Source: Acidimicrobiales bacterium (GTDB lineage: Bacteria > Actinomycetota > Acidimicrobiia > Acidimicrobiales > Bog-793). From it: DNA of 64,000 nt. Position 1 is the first letter of the stretch, and each line of letters opens with the position of its first letter. The stretch lies in assembly GCA_035294725.1 (NCBI GenBank), contig DATGKK010000145.1, positions 4,897 through 68,896 of the forward strand, written 5' to 3'. Under the pieces are notes generated by a model. It saw only the letters and a program-made list of their open reading frames with translations, ran no database searches and had not been told where the DNA came from. Positions 55,948-64,000 of the stretch are shown in pieces. A program made the position numbers and the translations under genes.

Positions 55948-57858
55948 TTACTTGATGAAGTACCAGTACTCGGGGGTGATGACGTACTGGGACATGTTCT
56001 CGAAGTCGGCCGGCGGACCGGAGATCTTCTTCGAGATGGCGAACACGAGGTCCGCGTTCGGCTGGAACAGCCCCGGCTGCTGAGCGGTGACGAGGGCGAT
56101 CTCCTTTTGCACCGCGCTGCTGCTGAGCGAGGTGAGGGAGTTCTGGATGTCCTTGTTCACCTGCGGGTTGCTGTAGCCGCCGAGGTTGTACGAGCCGGTC
56201 GTGTTGAACAGCTCGTTCGTCGTCGGGTACAGGCTGTTGGTGAAGCCACCGAAGTCCTGCACGGCCCAGAGCTTGTCGTTCGACGGGTTCGAGACGTCCG
56301 ACAGGTTGTCGATCATGTAGTTGAACGTCTTCTGCGAGAGCGACATCTTGATGCCGACCTTGGCCGCGTTGGAGGCCCAGGCCTCGATCTGCGAGCCGAT
56401 GACCGCCGGCGAGTTGCCGTAGATCACGTTGAAGCTCAGCGTCTGGCCCTTCGGGATGCCCGGACCGCACTCGTTGCTCCCCGAGCCGGCCTTCTCACAG
56501 ACCGACACACCGCCCGGGTTGACCTTCCAACCGTGGGAGGTGAGCAGGTTCTTCGCGGCAGAGATCGAGAACGGGTACGGGTTCGTCAGGGCGTTCGCCG
56601 GGGCGAACGGGCTCTTCGGGATGGCCGGGACCGGGCCGTAGGCCTGTCCTGCCGCACCGTCGAAGATGCCCTTCGACTGGATCACCGCTGGCTCGTCCTG
56701 CAGGTGCGCGAGCGCCTGACGGATGTAGAGCTGCTTGATGACGTTGTCGAAGTTGTTCGTCGGGTCCTTGAAGTTGTAGTCGGCGTAGGAGAACCCGAAG
56801 TCCGGGTAGCCCCACACGTAGTAGTTGCTGGTGAGGGAGCTCACCTTGGCGAGGTCGCTGAAGTCGACGAAGCCGACGTCGAGGCTGCCGTTGAGCAGCT
56901 GCTCGAACTCGGCCGAGGTCGACGTGAACGCCACGAGCTGGACGCCCGAGATGGCCGGCTTGTGGCCGGAGTACTTCGGGTTCGTCGTGAACGAGGCGCC
57001 GTCGGTCGCCGGGTCGAAGGACGAGATGACGAACGGACCGTCGACGACCTTCCAGAGCGGGTTCGTCGCGTACGTGTGCAGGATCCCCGACTGGGCGTTC
57101 AGGAACTTGTAGATCGCCTCGGCGTTCGCCAGGTTCATCCAACCAGACTTCGTCGCCGGCATGATCGAGCCGTTTGCGCTCGTCTTCGCCCAGGCCTGCG
57201 CCGGAAGCGGCGTGATCAGGCCGAGCTGGTTGTAGAAGAGGAAGTTCTGGTTGTAGGTCTTGTTGAGGTGCAAGACGAGGGTCGTCGCGTTCGGCGTCGA
57301 CATGCTCGTGATGAAGTCCGGGAACAGGCCGGGCGTGTAGTTGCCGTAGTTCGCCGGGCTGATCTTCACGGCCGCTTCGATGAGCTCGATGTCGAACTCG
57401 GCGTCGGTCGAGGTGACCGGGGCGCCGTCGGACCACTTCCACCCCGACTTCATGTGGATGGTGATGGTCTTGTTGTTGTTCGAGAAGGTCGGCTTCGTGG
57501 CGAGGCTGTCGGTGTAGTCGATGGTGGGGACGTCGCCCTGGGGCGACCACCACAGCGGCCGCCAGGAGAGGTCCTGGAACTGGTTGATCGTGTAGACCGA
57601 CGAGTTGTTCGCAGGGGTGACCGGGAAGATGTAGTTCGGCCCGGCCCCTGGCGACTCGGCGATCGTGACGACCCCGCCGGCCTTCGGCGTGCCGTGCTCG
57701 GCCGGCATGCTCCCGTAGGCTCCCGGCGTCGAGACGGTGCCCGGCGTGTGGGTCGACGTTGTTTTCGTGGATGATGGTGAGCTGCCGCAGGCGGCTAGGA
57801 GGACCGCGCCGGTCGCAAGGACTGCTCCGGTACGTATCCCCTTACTGAGTGCCCTCAT
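55948..57858 (-). CDS. Family-5 extracellular solute-binding lipoprotein (OppA/DppA type)
   Basis: ATG at 57858 with a GGGGGAG RBS. Signal peptide with lipobox LLAAC. About 636 aa, typical SBP_bac_5 length. Confidence 0.85.
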   Translation of the reverse strand: MRALSKGIRTGAVLATGAVLLAACGSSPSSTKTTSTHTPGTVSTPGAYGSMPAEHGTPKAGGVVTIAESPGAGPNYIFPVTPANNSSVYTINQFQDLSWRPLWWSPQGDVPTIDYTDSLATKPTFSNNNKTITIHMKSGWKWSDGAPVTSTDAEFDIELIEAAVKISPANYGNYTPGLFPDFITSMSTPNATTLVLHLNKTYNQNFLFYNQLGLITPLPAQAWAKTSANGSIMPATKSGWMNLANAEAIYKFLNAQSGILHTYATNPLWKVVDGPFVISSFDPATDGASFTTNPKYSGHKPAISGVQLVAFTSTSAEFEQLLNGSLDVGFVDFSDLAKVSSLTSNYYVWGYPDFGFSYADYNFKDPTNNFDNVIKQLYIRQALAHLQDEPAVIQSKGIFDGAAGQAYGPVPAIPKSPFAPANALTNPYPFSISAAKNLLTSHGWKVNPGGVSVCEKAGSGSNECGPGIPKGQTLSFNVIYGNSPAVIGSQIEAWASNAAKVGIKMSLSQKTFNYMIDNLSDVSNPSNDKLWAVQDFGGFTNSLYPTTNELFNTTGSYNLGGYSNPQVNKDIQNSLTSLSSSAVQKEIALVTAQQPGLFQPNADLVFAISKKISGPPADFENMSQYVITPEYWYFIK

Positions 57859-57873
57859 AGGGCTCCCCCTTTC

Positions 57874-57941
57874 GGGTCGGGTGCCCGACCCTGGATCAGG
57901 CCGGACGTTACGCAACCGTCATACTAGCTACGCGCAACCGT
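57874..57941 (-). promoter_or_regulatory. Candidate opp promoter/operator and 5'-UTR hairpin
   Basis: Direct repeats CGCAACCGT at 57911-19 and 57933-41 (22-bp phasing) flank a minus-strand TAGTAT (57921-26). A perfect hairpin GGGTCGGG-tg-CCCGACCC at 57874-91 lies just upstream of the RBS. Confidence 0.3.
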
Positions 57942-58119
57942 AAGATAGTGGTCTCTCATCCCGCCCGCCAGACCCACCGCAGATTTTTCTCACCCATTCG
58001 GCTGGGACCGAAACCTCCCGAGGGCCACGCTCCCTCCACCCGGGGCGTGCTGAGGCGCCGGCCAGCCACGCACCGCCCGCCGCGAGCCCGGAGCCGTTCC
58101 CTTCGGGGTCGGTGCTCGA

Positions 58120-59151
58120 ATGGGGCTCGGGGTGGTGGAGAATGTCTGCGTGGCGCGGATCGGACTCGTCCTCGGCGCGGGAGGGGTAGTCGGCGAGGCA
58201 TTCCACGCCGGCGTGCTGGCGGCGCTCTGCGAGGTGACCGGCTTCGACGCGCGCACCGCCCACTACCTGGTGGGAACCTCCGCGGGCTCGGTCGTGGCCG
58301 CCTCGTTGCGTGCGGGAGTGAGCGCCGGCGACCTCTATGCCCGTGCCACGGGGCGCCCGCTCTCGCCCGAGGGCCGCGCCCTGTTCGAGGCGCCGCGGGC
58401 GACGGTTCCGTCGCCGGCGCCGTCCGGGGGCGAGCTCGGCGGTGTCGGTCCTGCTCGGATCGGACCTGCCTCGCCCGAGCTGCTTGGCCGGCTCGTCGCC
58501 CGACCGCAGGCGCTGCGGCCGGCACTCGCCGCAGCTGCCCTCCTCCCCGAGGGCCGCCGGGACGCCGCGTCGTGGTTCCGCGGGTTCGACAGCTGGTTCA
58601 GCAGCTGGCCCTCGGACGAGAGATCCGAGCTGTGGATCTGTGCCGTCGACCTCGGGAACGGCGAGCGGGTCGTGTTCGGCCGCAGCGGCTCCCCTGCGGT
58701 CGCGGTCTCCCAGGCGGTCCAGGCCTCCTGCGCCATCCCGGCGGTGTTCCAGCCGGTGAGGATCGCGGGCCGCCGGTACGTCGACGGCGGGGTGCACTCG
58801 CCGACGAACGCGGACCTCTGCGCTGGTGAGCCACTCGACGCCGTCGTCGTGAGCTCGCCGATGTCAGCCGTGCGCCTCGCCGGCGCGCCGGCGTTCTCGG
58901 CCGACCGGCTCCGGGTCGCGGCGCGCCTCCCGGCCCGGCGCGTGCTGCAGCGCGAACTGGTGGCACTGGCGGGAGCAGGGACACCCGTGCTCGCCGTCGA
59001 GCCGACGCTCGAGGTGATCGACGCCATGGGCCTCCAGCCGATGGACGTGCGCCGGCGCGAGCCGGTTGCCGAGGCGGCGTTCCAGGCCGCGCGGCGGCTT
59101 GTGGACGGACCCGCCGGCCGCGAGATCGGTCGGGTGCTGTGCCGGCGGTAG
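58120..59151 (+). CDS. Patatin-like phospholipase (second copy)
   Basis: GLVLGAGGVVGEAFHAG, GTSAGS and YVDGGVHS motifs. The start is uncertain (ATG at 58120 or a downstream GTG). Confidence 0.8.
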   Translation: MGLGVVENVCVARIGLVLGAGGVVGEAFHAGVLAALCEVTGFDARTAHYLVGTSAGSVVAASLRAGVSAGDLYARATGRPLSPEGRALFEAPRATVPSPAPSGGELGGVGPARIGPASPELLGRLVARPQALRPALAAAALLPEGRRDAASWFRGFDSWFSSWPSDERSELWICAVDLGNGERVVFGRSGSPAVAVSQAVQASCAIPAVFQPVRIAGRRYVDGGVHSPTNADLCAGEPLDAVVVSSPMSAVRLAGAPAFSADRLRVAARLPARRVLQRELVALAGAGTPVLAVEPTLEVIDAMGLQPMDVRRREPVAEAAFQAARRLVDGPAGREIGRVLCRR

Positions 59152-59202
59152 ACGGACGCCGCAACGGCGGGGCGGTTGTCGGGCGTCGGCGCAGCCCGGT
59201 TC

Positions 59203-60099
59203 TCAGAACAGCTCAGCGGCGAGCTCCCGGTACTCCTCGAGGGGGAAGTCGCGGCCGCCCTCTCGCACCACCTGGACGCTGACATGGTCGGCACCGGCTT
59301 CGAGGTGCTCGCGTAGGCGCCGGGCGACCGCCGCGGCGTTGCCGTGGGGGACGATGGCGTCGACAAGGCGGTCGCTCCCCCCGTGCGGGAGGTCGTCGTG
59401 CGGCCATCCGAGCGCGACGAGGTTGTTGGCGTAGTTCTCGAGGCCGAGATAGCCGGTGGTGTGGCTGCGGGCGGCGGAGCGCGCTCGCTCGGCGTCGGCG
59501 TCGAGGACGACGGCGACCTCCGGGGCGAGGACGGGGCCCGGCCCGAGCAGCTCGCGAGCGCGAGCGGTGTGCTCGACCGGGACGAAGTACGGATGAGCCC
59601 CGAGCGACTCCTCGGCGGCGAGTCGGAGCATCTTCGGCCTGAGGGCGGCCACGATCCGCCGGTCGTTCACGACGGCCGGCGTCGCCGCCCCGAGCCCTCG
59701 GAGGAACTCCCGCACCTTTGTGAGGGGGCGTGCGTAGCGCTGCCCAGTCGGCTCCACCACGGGGGCGTGGCTCGCGCCGATGCCGAGGAGGAAGCGCTCT
59801 CCCCGGGCGCCGAAGCTCTCGACCTGCGCCGCAACGGCGGCGGGGTCGTTGATCCAGACCGAGAGGATCCCCGTCGCCACGACGGCGTGGTCGGTCCCGG
59901 CGAGCAGCTCGCTAAAGAGCGGGTGGATGCCCGGCTGGAAACGGCCTGAGCTCCACAGCGCCGAGTACCCGAGCTGCTCCATCTCGTGGGCCACCTCGCC
60001 CGCCGAGCGATCCTCGGCCCGCCAGGAGCCGCTCCACCAGATGCCGTACCGTCCGAGCTGCACTCCTGAGACGCTATTGATGCGCCGCAGATGCCGCAC
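59203..60099 (-). CDS. Luciferase-like (LLM class) F420-dependent oxidoreductase
   Basis: LGRYGIWW...LGYSALWSS...FLLGIGASH is typical of the TIGR03620-like LLM family. The start is either 60099 or the GTG at 60063. Confidence 0.8.
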   Translation of the reverse strand: MRHLRRINSVSGVQLGRYGIWWSGSWRAEDRSAGEVAHEMEQLGYSALWSSGRFQPGIHPLFSELLAGTDHAVVATGILSVWINDPAAVAAQVESFGARGERFLLGIGASHAPVVEPTGQRYARPLTKVREFLRGLGAATPAVVNDRRIVAALRPKMLRLAAEESLGAHPYFVPVEHTARARELLGPGPVLAPEVAVVLDADAERARSAARSHTTGYLGLENYANNLVALGWPHDDLPHGGSDRLVDAIVPHGNAAAVARRLREHLEAGADHVSVQVVREGGRDFPLEEYRELAAELF

Positions 60100-60135
60100 G
60101 CTGAGGGTCGCGCGGCACGCTGCCCTGAGCGTGCG

Positions 60136-62470
<2,335 letters not shown>

Positions 62471-62637
62471 GCCGCCAAGCTACCTGCGCCACGAGCGCCC
62501 ACTTTGGGAAGGCAGCGGCCGGCCTTGGCCGCCGGAGCCTCGGGACCTCCCCCGGCGACGCGCGCTCGGCCCAATGGGCCACCCGGCGGCAGCCCCGCCG
62601 CCAGTGCCGGAGCGGGGCTCAGGTACTCTGTCGGGCC

Positions 62638-63480
62638 GTGCCCACGGAGAAGCGAGCCAGGCAGCGCGCGGCGCGCTACCAGAAGCAGGCGAAGCTCGAG
62701 CAGCAGCGGCGCCGCCGCAAGCTGATGCGGCGTGGCCTCAGCTTCCTCGTCCTTCTTGCGCTGATCGTCCTCGTGGTCTTCCTCGTCTCGGGCGGCAGCC
62801 CGAAGAAGCTGCACGCGGCGACGAAGAGCACCACGACCACGACGACGCTGCCGATCGCGAAGCCCCAGGACGGCGGCACGATCGTGAAGTGGGTCTGCCC
62901 GAACCTGAACGGCTCCTCCTCCCACATTCTTCACTTCCCGAAGACGCAGCCGCCGATGTGCATCAACCCGGCGAAGACCTACACCGCGACCTTTTACACC
63001 TCCGAGGGCGACGTCAAGGTGGTCCTTGACACGACCCGCACCCCGCTCACGGCCGACAACTTCGTCGTGCTCGCCCTGTACCACTACTACGACGGCACGA
63101 GCATCGACCGCATCGACCCGAGCATCGACATCCTCCAGGGCGGCTCGCCGGACACCCAGACGATCGACGACCCTGGTCCCGGCTACACGATCAAGGACGA
63201 GGGGTCGGGCTACAAGTACGTGCCCGGCGACCTCGTGATGGCGAGGAGCAGCAGCCCCAACAGCGGAGCCGCCCAGTACTTCTTCGTCTACGGAACGAAG
63301 GCGTCGGTGCTCGACTCCCAGGGCACCTACGTGGTCTTCGGCCACGTCGTCTCCGGGATGTCGGTGCTGCGGAAGATCGCGGCGCTCTACGAGCCGTGCC
63401 CTGCGTCCGACTCGAGCTGTCTCGGCGGGCTGCCGAGGAAGGTCGTCCTTGTGAAGAAGGTGACGATCGCGGTCTCCTAG
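62638..63480 (+). CDS. Membrane-anchored cyclophilin-type peptidyl-prolyl isomerase
   Basis: GTG start. Basic N-terminus plus the TM helix LSFLVLLALIVLVVFLV, a T-rich linker and a cyclophilin core (NFVVLALYHYYDG, MARSSSPNSGAAQYFF, VFGHVVSGMSVL). Confidence 0.8.
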   Translation: MPTEKRARQRAARYQKQAKLEQQRRRRKLMRRGLSFLVLLALIVLVVFLVSGGSPKKLHAATKSTTTTTTLPIAKPQDGGTIVKWVCPNLNGSSSHILHFPKTQPPMCINPAKTYTATFYTSEGDVKVVLDTTRTPLTADNFVVLALYHYYDGTSIDRIDPSIDILQGGSPDTQTIDDPGPGYTIKDEGSGYKYVPGDLVMARSSSPNSGAAQYFFVYGTKASVLDSQGTYVVFGHVVSGMSVLRKIAALYEPCPASDSSCLGGLPRKVVLVKKVTIAVS

Positions 63481-63642
63481 GGCTCGCCGGCGAGCACCGC
63501 AGGGCCGGCGCACGACGGGTCGAGCGCGTCGAGCCCGCCGGGCTAACGTCCTCGAGCAGGCGAACCCGGAACCGGAGATCCGGCACAGCATCTCGGGCCG
63601 TCCGGCCCGTACAAGCGGACCAGCCAAAGGAACGGAGCGACG

Positions 63643-64000
63643 ATGGCGATCGAGTGCCCTGCCGAGGACGGCTCCTCGGAGAGGCGGCAGCACTTCCCGC
63701 AGCAGCCGCCGATGTGCATCGACCTGACGAAGCGCTACAGCGCGGAGATGGTCACGACGAAGGGGTCGATGACCTTCTCCCTCGACGTGCTCGGCGCGCC
63801 GAGGACGGTCAACAACTTCGTCTTCCTGGCCCGGTACCACTTCTACGACGGCATCTTCTTCCATCGTGTGATCCCTGGCTTCGTCGTCCAGGGGGGCGAC
63901 CCCGAAGGCACGGGCGCCGGTGGCCCGGGTTACCGGTTCGAGGACGAGCTCCCCAAGCCGGGCCGCTACGAGATCGGCTCGCTCGCGATGGCGAACGCAG
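63643..64000 (+). CDS. Cyclophilin-type peptidyl-prolyl isomerase (5' part, runs off the window)
   Basis: ATG at 63643. Reads MAIECPAEDG...TVNNFVFLARYHFYDGIFFHRVIPGFVVQGGDPEGTGAGGPGYRFEDE. It is absent from the ORF track because no stop falls inside the window. Confidence 0.8.
   Translation, partial: MAIECPAEDGSSERRQHFPQQPPMCIDLTKRYSAEMVTTKGSMTFSLDVLGAPRTVNNFVFLARYHFYDGIFFHRVIPGFVVQGGDPEGTGAGGPGYRFEDELPKPGRYEIGSLAMANA

Overview
Very GC-rich sequence with strong GC3 bias, many GTG/TTG starts and frequent 4-nt start/stop overlaps. It looks like an Actinomycetota chromosome, possibly Acidimicrobiia-like, but that is inference only. I support about 55 protein genes. I found no rRNA, tRNA, CRISPR array or IS/transposase.

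The dominant feature is a 21-gene, same-strand sulfur-oxidation supercluster at 2428-19888. Its order is tusA, dsrE, hdrC1, hdrB1, hdrA, hyp, fused hdrC2B2, two lipoate-protein-ligase paralogues interleaved with a GcvH-like LbpA and two radical-SAM (LipS-type) genes, etfB, etfA, a membrane Fe-S/CCG oxidoreductase (EtfD/Emo-like), a small Cys/His protein, two more LbpA paralogues, a second DsrE-like protein, a pseudo-receiver-Rieske fusion and a glutaredoxin-like protein. A single-Cys ArsR regulator is transcribed divergently from it. This matches the known sHdr-LbpA pathway in its Etf-containing variant, but several appended genes are not explained by what I know of that system.

The rest of the window contains:
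- an ArsR-linked ABC exporter pair
- a D-aminoacylase-type amidohydrolase
- recCBD
- a GH1 glycosidase and an alpha/beta hydrolase
- an ABC-2 transporter whose ATPase carries a TM plus Pro-rich N-extension
- a UPF0045 protein and a DapA-family lyase
- a large lipoprotein built from about 17 Cys-pair 41-43-aa repeats, with a frameshifted C-terminal third that carries two IPT/TIG domains
- threonine aldolase and a cNMP-binding protein
- two patatin-like lipases
- a class-III aminotransferase, a VOC protein, a DyP peroxidase, a PP2C phosphatase, a DinB-like protein and an AidB-like acyl-CoA dehydrogenase
- a heavily frameshifted GYW/DG-VY-FG repeat pseudogene
- tryptophan 2,3-dioxygenase
- an opp/dpp-type peptide ABC operon with a fused double ATPase
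- an F420/LLM oxidoreductase
- asd and ask (lysC)
- two tandem cyclophilins

All functional calls come from motif and sequence recognition by eye. No database search was run.
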